From an uncultured Syntrophomonas sp. (lineage in GTDB: Bacteria; Bacillota; Syntrophomonadia; Syntrophomonadales; Syntrophomonadaceae): a stretch of DNA of 64,000 nucleotides. Position 1 is the stretch's first letter. The number at the start of each line of letters is the position of its first letter. The DNA lies in assembly GCA_964494735.1 (NCBI GenBank), contig CAZBSD010000004.1:10988-74987 (forward strand), in the 5' to 3' direction. This document shows positions 1 through 7,745 of this stretch, in pieces. The notes beneath the pieces are model-generated. The model was not told where the DNA came from, searched no databases, and saw only the letters and a program-made list of their open reading frames with translations. Position numbers and translations under genes: made by a program.

Positions 1-521
1 CCCATCAACTGACTGTGACTGTGTTCTTGGGAAGCCCCCGCAAAGATGCCTCGATTCTTATAGATCTGGACATATTTAATCCTCAGGTCGGAAGACAACT
101 CAATGTAACGTCTCTTCCAAATCCTCAGTATCTGGGCTATCTTGACCACATCGAAATCATGCATATCGATGCCATGCCGGGGGTCTTCAATGACGACCTC
201 CTGACTACCAACACCACTAAGAGACTGGTAGATACCGGTGTGGTATTCTGCCAACTCACCCTCCAGCTTAAACACCGCAAACTTGTTGGGGACCACCCTT
301 ATCGACCATCCCGGCGTGTCAGGGGCCGAGCCTTCCTCACGCACGGCAAGTATCTCTGGAGGTGTGGCCCCCTCATGTCCGGCGCAGAACGGGCAGAAGA
401 CCTCGTTGCCGATGGAGTCGATGCCTCTCCTCTTTATAGGAAAATCACGAGGTTTTAACGCTGATTCAGGGGCTATGGCCACCCAGTTGTTCTTTAGCAA
501 GTCCCTTCTGATCTCCGCCAT
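1..521 (-). CDS. galT: galactose-1-phosphate uridylyltransferase-like (HIT superfamily) protein, N-terminal ~173 codons; 3' end lies outside the window
   Basis: Absent from the ORF track because it runs off position 1. My reverse-strand translation from ATG 521..519 (SD GGGAGGTG upstream) is open to the window edge. It reads MAEIRRDLLKNNWVAIAPE..FCPFCAGHE..VVPNKFAV..IYKNRGIFAGASQEHSHSQLMG. The CxxC zinc motif plus the HxHxQ motif is the GalT signature. The + ORFs 15..458 and 238..639 are antisense shadows. Confidence 0.7.
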   Translation of the reverse strand, partial: MAEIRRDLLKNNWVAIAPESALKPRDFPIKRRGIDSIGNEVFCPFCAGHEGATPPEILAVREEGSAPDTPGWSIRVVPNKFAVFKLEGELAEYHTGIYQSLSGVGSQEVVIEDPRHGIDMHDFDVVKIAQILRIWKRRYIELSSDLRIKYVQIYKNRGIFAGASQEHSHSQLM

Positions 522-811
522 CTTTGCACCTCCCGGTGTTGCGGCCTGCAATTCTAATGATAACTCAAAACATCGGCTACCTCAAAATTACTATCTATTA
601 ATTATATTCCTCAGCGGCGCAATCTTACCATGTATGTGATATAACATACATACCAAGTTTTTGCCGGAACGTGTTCACTTGGGAATACGGTATATTCACA
701 GCACAAAGATCCCCGTCAGCCAGATGCTAACGAGGTATTGGAGCCTTCGGATGTTCCGTTGGGAAGCTGCGTAAACCCCGGGGGGTTGTCATAAAATCGC
801 CCAACTATTTA

Positions 812-1519
812 TTAAGCCTTGGTAGCCTGCAATCCTATCTCCCTGATCAGTTTGCTGACCGCCCTTTTCTCAATTCTGGATACATATGACCTGGATATGC
901 CCAATTTGCGGGCAATGTCCCGTTGGGTCTCCTTTAAACCGTTACAGAGACCGTAACGCATTTCCACCACCTCGCGTTCGCGCAGCGACAGGGCGTCCAT
1001 TTTATCCTTAATCTGTTCGCCTTGCATTCGGGTTTCGATGATCTCAAGGATCTCACTGTCCGACGTGAGTACATCCATCAGGGATATTTCGTTACCTTCC
1101 TTGTCAAAACCGATGGGATCATAGATCGACATCTCCTGGCGTAGTTTCTTGATGTTACGCAGGTGCATAAGGACTTCATTTTCGATACAGCGAGCCGAGT
1201 AAGTCGCCAGCTTGACCCCCCGCTCATGGTTGAAAGTCTTGATCGCCTTTATCAAGCCAATGGTCCCGATCGAAATAAGGTCCTCCATATCTTCGCCGCT
1301 GCTCTCGTATTTCTTGACCACGTGAGCAACCAGCCGTAGATTATGCTCGATCAGTTTGTTGCGGGCGTCCATGCTCCCCTGCTGCAGTTGGTCCAGATAG
1401 GCCTTCTCCTCGTCGGCCTCCAACGGTTGGGGGAAAACCTGGTTGCTGAGATAACCGAACAACAACAGGGTACCATTGACAACAGCAGTCAATGCCAGTG
1501 CCCAACAAAGGATGCTCAA
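812..1519 (-). CDS. sigK: sporulation sigma factor K (pro-sigma-K), uninterrupted
   Basis: TTG start 6 nt after GGAGGTGG. A hydrophobic pro-sequence is followed by FPQPLEADEEKAYL, LIEHNLRLVAHVVKKYESSGEDMEDLISIGTIGLIKAI, ATYSARCIENEVLMHLR and GISRSYVSRIEKRA. The protein is colinear with B. subtilis pro-sigma-K as I recall it. There is no skin-like insertion. Confidence 0.9.
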   Translation of the reverse strand: MSILCWALALTAVVNGTLLLFGYLSNQVFPQPLEADEEKAYLDQLQQGSMDARNKLIEHNLRLVAHVVKKYESSGEDMEDLISIGTIGLIKAIKTFNHERGVKLATYSARCIENEVLMHLRNIKKLRQEMSIYDPIGFDKEGNEISLMDVLTSDSEILEIIETRMQGEQIKDKMDALSLREREVVEMRYGLCNGLKETQRDIARKLGISRSYVSRIEKRAVSKLIREIGLQATKA

Positions 1520-1553
1520 GAAGTACCACCTCCACAGTTTTTAGCGCGCCCTA

Positions 1554-1581
1554 TACTATATGAAGGGGGAACACGAAAAGT
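1554..1581 (-). promoter_or_regulatory. candidate mother-cell (sigma-E/sigma-K type) promoter upstream of sigK
   Basis: The minus strand reads AC-17 nt-CATATAGTA about 35 nt upstream of the sigK start. This matches the sigma-K consensus AC-N16/17-CATAnnnTA. It is a pattern match only. Confidence 0.3.
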
Positions 1582-1873
1582 ACCTGTGTTGGGAAGGTAT
1601 TTGGTGGATAGGTTTGCATTTAAATGGACTGGGAAGAATTAATGCCTTTTTTTGCTCCATTGGGCGCTGGCCGAAAATGCCTATATCGGTTAAAAAGCAG
1701 ATTAAGGATTCGATCAGTATTTAGTGATAAAATTAGAAAGTGACAACACTATAGAGATGGACAACCGCGACACGATCCGGTTCTGGTCGGATTGGAACAA
1801 TCCGCCAGTTGGATTCGGGACAGCAGGATATTGATCAACAGTGAAGAATGATGAACTAAAGGGAGGGATTTGA

Positions 1874-2284
1874 ATGGAGCACGAACCTTTTCCTATCTAC
1901 ATGCGGGATGTAGCTTACAGCGCCTATAGTGAAGCGGCGACTGGTGCCGGCCAGTTCCTGGGATGGTATCGCGAATATCGCCAACCAGCCGAAATTGAAA
2001 AAGGTTATAGTGAATTGGACTGGGTCCTGACCGAGAAAGCACTTTTACGCATCCAGGTTTCTCCTTCCTCCATCGAGATCAGTACCTTCATACTGAGCAA
2101 ATTGATCCGTGTGACCCGTCACTATATAATCGTGCAAAAACAAGATCGTTATGAACATGTCCTCAACCGGGTGGTTGCCAAGTTCAACAACGGTGAAGCA
2201 TGCGAGTTGATGAGACCCCTGGAAGATATTATCAACAAGGAACAAACCAGCGGCTTCAGTAATCTGGTCAAGCTGCTGGGATAA
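1874..2284 (+). CDS. hypothetical protein (136 aa)
   Basis: ATG preceded by a strong SD (AAAGGGAGGGA). An intrinsic terminator hairpin follows. I recognise no motif. Confidence 0.6.
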   Translation: MEHEPFPIYMRDVAYSAYSEAATGAGQFLGWYREYRQPAEIEKGYSELDWVLTEKALLRIQVSPSSIEISTFILSKLIRVTRHYIIVQKQDRYEHVLNRVVAKFNNGEACELMRPLEDIINKEQTSGFSNLVKLLG

Positions 2285-2343
2285 ATCCCCCCAGTCGCCA
2301 TTTGGTTTTTGCTTGGAATTGGCACTTGCCACAAATGTCAAAG

Positions 2344-2376
2344 AAATCCGCCGGCAGCAAGTGCGGGCGGATTTTG
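2344..2376 (+). terminator. rho-independent terminator-like hairpin downstream of the 1874..2284 gene
   Basis: AAATCCGCC-N13-GGCGGATTT is a 9-bp stem followed by a T run. Confidence 0.55.
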
Positions 2377-2377
2377 G

Positions 2378-2525
2378 GTGTCAAACAAGTTACATTCAGG
2401 CAGACTGAGCAAAAAAGGCTTAGAGCAAGGCATTCGGGAGCCCCGTGATTAAGGCGTACATGAGATACGTCGATTGAACGTGGATTCCGTATTAACGCAG
2501 CTATGGGCCTTTTTTGACGGTCTGA
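2378..2525. repeat. copy 1 of an unclassified ~135-148 nt structured intergenic repeat
   Basis: Hand alignment to 26085..26221 and 38982..39124 gives ~92-95% identity in the same orientation. It begins ..GTGTCAAACAAGTTACATTCAGGCAGAC and ends GGCCTTTTTTGACGGTCTGA. It lies between convergent genes. Confidence 0.85.
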
Positions 2526-2563
2526 ATCCGCCCGCATTAAGTGTGGGCGGATTCTTGCCTCTA

Positions 2564-5500
2564 TCAGCTGGCATTGCGAAGATATTCAGCCATCTTGGGC
2601 ATGAAATAGGGGATGATCTCGGGCAACATCTTGGGCATCAAAACCGCCATAGTAGGTGGCATCAGATCAGGCATCTGTTCCTCCATATAGGGCGGCATAG
2701 GGATAGCCTGACCTACCTTCTCCAGCATCTTGGGCATCACCTTGGGCAAAATATCGGGCAGCAGCCGCGGAAACAAGGCCGGCATTACTCCGTTCATCAT
2801 GGCTATCATCGGTTCTTTGAATACATCCGGGGCCTTGATGACAGTGGCCATCATGGTGCGATACATCTCCGGCATTGCTTGTATCATATCGGGAATCATC
2901 TCCGCCATCAGGTCGGCCATGCCCCATGGTGTCATCATGCGAATCATGGCTTCGAACACTGCCCATTTCTCGTCCATCACTGCATTGGAGGACGGCACTG
3001 TATGCCCCATGGCTTCAGCCGCCAAGGTGGCAAGATCCTTTATGTCGATCGGCAAGCCGCCTAAATCGCGGGAACGGGCTAACTGCACCCGGCAACAGGG
3101 GCAGGCGGTGAGCAGGGTGTCAGCGCCAGTATCGACTGCCTCCTGCACCCTCATGATACCGATCTTTTCAGCAACATCGGGGTCAGCCACCAGGCTCAGG
3201 ACCGCCCCGCAGCAGTGGGCATCGTACTGGTTGAAACGCATCTCCCGGAAATTGGAGCCCGGAATAGCGTTGATCAAAGTGCGCGGACCCTCAAAACGGA
3301 CACCGGCCCGACCCATATGGCAGGGGTCATGGTAGGTAACCCGGCGGGCAACGTCATTGGGGAGAGCAAACTCACCCGCCTTGATCTTTTCGGCCAGAAC
3401 ATCGGCATAATGCATGGCGTGGAAAGGATAATCGATGCCCCTTTCCTCAGCCCAGTGCCGGTAGTATATCTCCCACACCAGCCAGCAGGCAGGACAGGTG
3501 GTCACTATCCTGGTGGCGCCGGTCTCCCTCATCAGCTCAATATTGTGGGCGGCGGTTTCATCGAAAACCTCCCAGCGCCCGGAAACCAGCATAGGAATAC
3601 CACAGCAGTGTTCCCCTTTGCCCATGTAGGAGAATTCGATGCCGGCATCATTGAGCAAGAGTGCAGCCGACTGGGCTACGTCCTGTTCCACGTAACTGGA
3701 TGTACAACCAGGGAAAAATGCGTATTCGGCACTCTCCTTGATCATGGGTCGAATCTCCTCAGTAATCCAACCGTCCCGGTTCTTGGCATATTCACCCCAT
3801 ATGTTGCCCTGTTGGCGCATGGTATTGGCCATGATCTCAAAAGGCGGGAAGGTGTGGTAACCGCGTCCGTCTATCAGGAGACCGCGCAGTTTCAGCCATG
3901 ATGTCTCATTAGGCAAATCCAGCTGACAGGTTCGGTTGCACATCTCACAGGTCGTACACGCCATAAAGGTATTTACCGCCCGCTGGTCAAATTCTGCTTC
4001 ACCCTCCATGACCATCTTCAAGAAAGTCCATTTCCCCCGGGGTGATTGTGATTCCCATCCGCGCCCGTAATACTGGTCGCAATGGTCGATACAGTATCCG
4101 CACTGGGAGCACGCATAGGCATACCAGGCGATATCACCCGGTATCCCCTTTTTCTCCTCAAATACCTCCCCGCTTTCTTTGCCCTTGGCAAGGTTGCCGA
4201 AGACCCGGATAAGCGGTTCAATCGCGCTGGCCATCTTCAGTCCCCCGGCCACCAGAGTTCCATCCATTACCTTACCGGGATTCATCAGGCCCTCCGGGTC
4301 CAGGCTTCGTTTATAATTTACCAGGGCATCGAGATGTTCCTGACCCAAGATCTCTTTGGCAAATCCGCTGAAATATAGGCCGGTGGCGTAGGGACGGCCT
4401 CCGTGTTTTTGAGCCATTTTCAAGGCGGTCAGGGATAGACCATAGGCAAGGTTGAATTTAAACTTGCGTTCATCATGGGGAATGAAACCCAGCAGCACTA
4501 CCTCGCGCCGGTTGGTGGTAAATCCCTCAAGTATGAAGGGATGTGCGATCTCCTGGCTGGTATCGTTTATTACCTGGGCTAGCTTTTCAACCGGCACCAC
4601 CACTTCACTGGGTATAAGTGAGGGAGCGATGCGCTTGGCCCTCATGGGCTCGAAACGTGCCGCCCATTCATGTTCGGCTATCTCCGGATTCAGTATCTCG
4701 CCTTGATCCTTCACCGCCAAGGCCATTACGTCATCGCTGACCAAGTCACAACGGTCGGATGTACAGGCTAATAGAACTATGAATTTCTCCGGCAAGACCA
4801 CCTTATGGCTTTCTGCCACCGGATGACCGTGATGGAGATGAGGCGGAAAGCTGTTCCTCATTTTGGCAGCTTCAGGGTTGATAAAAGTCACCGACCAAAT
4901 CGGAACTTTGCGATTATAGATACCGGTTATGAAAGATGTCATCTGCTCAGCTGTACTGAAGGCAATCGCGTTGACATGCATTGGCTTCAATGGTTTGACC
5001 CGCAGTTTGATCTGACTGATGAAACCGGTGGTGCCGTTGGCTTCACTGACCAGATTGAGGTCCTTGCCCTGCAGGTTTACTATACTGCCATCTATCTGCA
5101 CTAATCGGGCCGAAAAAACATTATCTTTGAAATAACCGTACTCATAGCTGCCAATGCCAGCCCCACCCTGGGCCAGCCATCCCCCTACTGTAGATGATGG
5201 GGCACTGGTAGGATAGAGAGCCAGGGTCAGTCCCTTCTGATTGAGGTGATATTCCAGTTCATTCCAGACTACCGCAGGCTCCACAGTGGCACTGCGTTCC
5301 TCTTCGTTTATGGCGATTATCTTTTTCATGCGGTTAAATTCGACTACCAACCCGCCTTCGACCGGCAAAACACCCCCATACCCGGAGGTAGCCTTTCCTC
5401 TCGGGGTCAATCTGATTCTCTCCTGCCGTGCCATATTCATCAGATCGGTCAGTTCCTGCTCCGTCTCTGGCTGCACGATTCCATCGGGTACCGGATTACC

Positions 5501-5635
5501 GACCAGAGGTTGAACCAAGGATGGCATTACTCCCATGTCGCGAGCATATATCTTGCGTTCCAGTACATCAAAGCTTATTCTCGAGCCATAACTTTCTATC
5601 AACCTCTTCTTTAAATCTTCCCTGATCTTTGGCAT
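2564..5635 (-). CDS. FAD-linked oxidase (GlcD-like) fused to an HdrD/GlpC-like Fe-S/CCG module, with a Met/Pro-rich C-terminal tail
   Basis: Start taken at ATG 5635 (MPKIREDL; SD AGGGGG 8 nt upstream), not the ORF-track start at 5677. The N-terminal part is an FAD-binding oxidase. Two ferredoxin motifs are present (CSQCGYCIDHC, CTTCEMCNRTC). Two CCG domains are present (HCCGIPM with TCPACW, and HCCGAVL with CPCCRVQ). The last ~127 aa are about 20% Met. Confidence 0.85.
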   Translation of the reverse strand: MPKIREDLKKRLIESYGSRISFDVLERKIYARDMGVMPSLVQPLVGNPVPDGIVQPETEQELTDLMNMARQERIRLTPRGKATSGYGGVLPVEGGLVVEFNRMKKIIAINEEERSATVEPAVVWNELEYHLNQKGLTLALYPTSAPSSTVGGWLAQGGAGIGSYEYGYFKDNVFSARLVQIDGSIVNLQGKDLNLVSEANGTTGFISQIKLRVKPLKPMHVNAIAFSTAEQMTSFITGIYNRKVPIWSVTFINPEAAKMRNSFPPHLHHGHPVAESHKVVLPEKFIVLLACTSDRCDLVSDDVMALAVKDQGEILNPEIAEHEWAARFEPMRAKRIAPSLIPSEVVVPVEKLAQVINDTSQEIAHPFILEGFTTNRREVVLLGFIPHDERKFKFNLAYGLSLTALKMAQKHGGRPYATGLYFSGFAKEILGQEHLDALVNYKRSLDPEGLMNPGKVMDGTLVAGGLKMASAIEPLIRVFGNLAKGKESGEVFEEKKGIPGDIAWYAYACSQCGYCIDHCDQYYGRGWESQSPRGKWTFLKMVMEGEAEFDQRAVNTFMACTTCEMCNRTCQLDLPNETSWLKLRGLLIDGRGYHTFPPFEIMANTMRQQGNIWGEYAKNRDGWITEEIRPMIKESAEYAFFPGCTSSYVEQDVAQSAALLLNDAGIEFSYMGKGEHCCGIPMLVSGRWEVFDETAAHNIELMRETGATRIVTTCPACWLVWEIYYRHWAEERGIDYPFHAMHYADVLAEKIKAGEFALPNDVARRVTYHDPCHMGRAGVRFEGPRTLINAIPGSNFREMRFNQYDAHCCGAVLSLVADPDVAEKIGIMRVQEAVDTGADTLLTACPCCRVQLARSRDLGGLPIDIKDLATLAAEAMGHTVPSSNAVMDEKWAVFEAMIRMMTPWGMADLMAEMIPDMIQAMPEMYRTMMATVIKAPDVFKEPMIAMMNGVMPALFPRLLPDILPKVMPKMLEKVGQAIPMPPYMEEQMPDLMPPTMAVLMPKMLPEIIPYFMPKMAEYLRNAS

Positions 5636-5775
5636 GGCTGTATACCCCCTAATGGTATTTTCTACATTATAGCACAACCATTCTGGAGGGGAACGGAATA
5701 TTTTTGTATAAATAGTTTATACTGCCCATTATCATTGGGGCCAGTAGTTACGGTGTCAAATTGATGGATCCTGGA

Positions 5776-7482
5776 TTAGAAATACTTGAGTATCCCGCGG
5801 CTGATATCCCGAAAAATGGGGGCGCAGTTCTGGGCTCCGGAGCTGCCTTCTTCCACCATGACCACTATCGCCCAGCGTGGTTCCTGGGCCGGCAGGTAAC
5901 CAGCAAACCAGGTGTTCAGCGCCTCCTTATCATCGTACAATGTCCGGCCTGTCTGGCTGGTGGCAGTTTTGCCTGCCACCTGGACTTCGGGAATAGCCGC
6001 GGTACGTCCGGTGCCTTCCTCCACCACCTTTTCCAGCAGTTCTTGAACCTTTACGGCTGTATCCGGTCTGATTACCTGCTCCGGTTGGCCGCTGGCCATA
6101 AACACCTGTTTACCGTCGCGGTCAATAGTATATTTAACCAGCGATGGTACAGTCCATACCCCGTCATCGGCAATAGTAGCCAGCAGTGAAGCAATTTGCA
6201 CAGGGGTTACCATTACCCCTTGCTGCCCCAGCGACGCATTGCCCATTGCCGCTGCGCCTCCGTCGACCCTAACATAGGAGCCCATGTCCCCTTGGCCCCA
6301 ACCGATTACGGTTTCGTCGGTGAGATGCATCTTATCCACATAGTAGAGCAGACGGGTTCGGCCCAGGCGCAAACCCAACTCGATGAATGACGGGTTGCAG
6401 GATTTGGCAAAAGCTTCATCAAAACGGAGTTGCCCGTGACCTTCCTCCTTAAGACATGATATCGATACCTGCTGGTTAAAAACGTACTTGCCGGTACAGT
6501 TGAAATGGGACTCGAAATCCACCAATCCTTCTTCCAGGGCTGCGGCCGTAAGCAAGATTTTAAATACCGATCCTGGGTAATAACTGCTGACAGCTCGATT
6601 GGTCAGGGGACTGCGGCCGTCGAAGCTGATTGCTCCCTCGATCCGATGGGGGTCGAAGGTGGGGCGGCTGACCATCGCCAATATCTCTTTGCTATGTATA
6701 TCCATTACCACAGCTGCACCTTTTTCCGCTCGGTGGTCCATGGCTTTCTCAACCACTTCCTGAACACGTTTGTCTATAGTGAGAACTACTGTAGCCTGGT
6801 TAGACTGATCCGGTTGAATCTTTCCCACCAGCCCCGGAATGGGACGGCCGATCGCATCTACCACCGTAACCAGTTCCGGTGCGCGGTTATCTTCCCGCAG
6901 GATAAGATCGTAGGTCTTTTCTATCCCCGCCTGCCCTGCTCCATTTGAACTCTGGTCGGTATAGCCGAGGAGATGGGCGCAAAACCCATCATCCCCATAA
7001 CGCCGGGTATAGGGGGCCATAACCAATCCTGTCAAACCAGCCGATTCGAGGCGGGCGACTTCGGAGGATGTTAAATTGGGTTTGATCATAATAAAGCTGG
7101 AGGCAACCGGGTTGGCTTGAATAGCTGCTTTAATCTGCTCCGGGCTCATGTCATCGATCAGTTGGGCGATAGTTTCACTAAGGGATTGGACCTCATCTCC
7201 ATCTCTACGCATCCTGGATAAAGAATCACGATTAACTCCGCCAACCACAGGAGACAGAAAAAGAGCGGTTGAGGTTCGGGTATTGGTCAGGGGTAATAGA
7301 TTGCGATCCAAGATATCACCGCGGATCTGTTCACTAAGTTGCACGCTCTGGCTGCGCATGGCGACAGCTTTGGCTCTTATCTCCGCGCCCTTTATGGCTT
7401 GAAAATAAAATATCCTGCCCAATAAGGCTATCGACAAAGTCAAAATAAGCCCCATCAACAGGAATAATCTGCGATAATTCAA
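5776..7482 (-). CDS. class B penicillin-binding protein (SpoVD/FtsI-like transpeptidase, no PASTA domain)
   Basis: TTG start 7 nt after GGGGG. It has an N-terminal membrane anchor. SxxK is present as GSVFK and SxN as KSCNP. The third motif reads KTA (AGKTATSQ) instead of KTG. Confidence 0.85.
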   Translation of the reverse strand: MNYRRLFLLMGLILTLSIALLGRIFYFQAIKGAEIRAKAVAMRSQSVQLSEQIRGDILDRNLLPLTNTRTSTALFLSPVVGGVNRDSLSRMRRDGDEVQSLSETIAQLIDDMSPEQIKAAIQANPVASSFIMIKPNLTSSEVARLESAGLTGLVMAPYTRRYGDDGFCAHLLGYTDQSSNGAGQAGIEKTYDLILREDNRAPELVTVVDAIGRPIPGLVGKIQPDQSNQATVVLTIDKRVQEVVEKAMDHRAEKGAAVVMDIHSKEILAMVSRPTFDPHRIEGAISFDGRSPLTNRAVSSYYPGSVFKILLTAAALEEGLVDFESHFNCTGKYVFNQQVSISCLKEEGHGQLRFDEAFAKSCNPSFIELGLRLGRTRLLYYVDKMHLTDETVIGWGQGDMGSYVRVDGGAAAMGNASLGQQGVMVTPVQIASLLATIADDGVWTVPSLVKYTIDRDGKQVFMASGQPEQVIRPDTAVKVQELLEKVVEEGTGRTAAIPEVQVAGKTATSQTGRTLYDDKEALNTWFAGYLPAQEPRWAIVVMVEEGSSGAQNCAPIFRDISRGILKYF

Positions 7483-7538
7483 ATCCCAACCCCCGCGGCT
7501 TTTAAAATATCTTGCTTCGCGGCAGGTTATATTATACT

Positions 7539-7745
7539 TTAGCCGGCCAATATCTCCAGCGGGAAAGGCAAATTGTGCAATATCTCCAGCATCTCATCGT
7601 ATGTATCCCAGGTCACTCGGATAATCACCCGGCCCGCCGACTGGTCTATAGTCGAGACAATGCCCAAGTTATCATAGGCTTCCACCAGTTTGGTCAGCAT
7701 ATCGATCTTCTCCGGCGCCACCCGGGCGTAGATCTCATCCTTCAT
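7539..7745 (-). CDS. DUF4911-like small protein
   Basis: 68 aa, overlapping the U32 stop by 11 nt. From memory, a small protein of this kind is commonly encoded just downstream of U32 peptidase genes in Clostridia. The family call is tentative. Confidence 0.55.
   Translation of the reverse strand: MKDEIYARVAPEKIDMLTKLVEAYDNLGIVSTIDQSAGRVIIRVTWDTYDEMLEILHNLPFPLEILAG

Noticed and set aside
2268-2537. Minus-strand ORFs crossing the repeat copies (2268..2537 and 26081..26266), sharing the peptide QKRPIAALIRNPRSIDV
   Set aside because: The shared peptide simply reflects DNA identity of the repeat. Copy 3 has no start codon in that frame. Substitutions between copies 1 and 2 are 3 synonymous versus 4 non-synonymous. 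The starts lie in non-homologous flanks. The in-frame indel sizes (12 and 3 nt) are noted but are insufficient evidence for coding.
2474-3064. 196-aa His-rich + strand ORF (and neighbouring + ORFs 2730..3335, 2875..3111)
   Set aside because: It is antisense to the Met-rich tail of the FAD/Fe-S gene. ATG codons read as CAT (His) on the other strand. It has no SD and an implausible composition.
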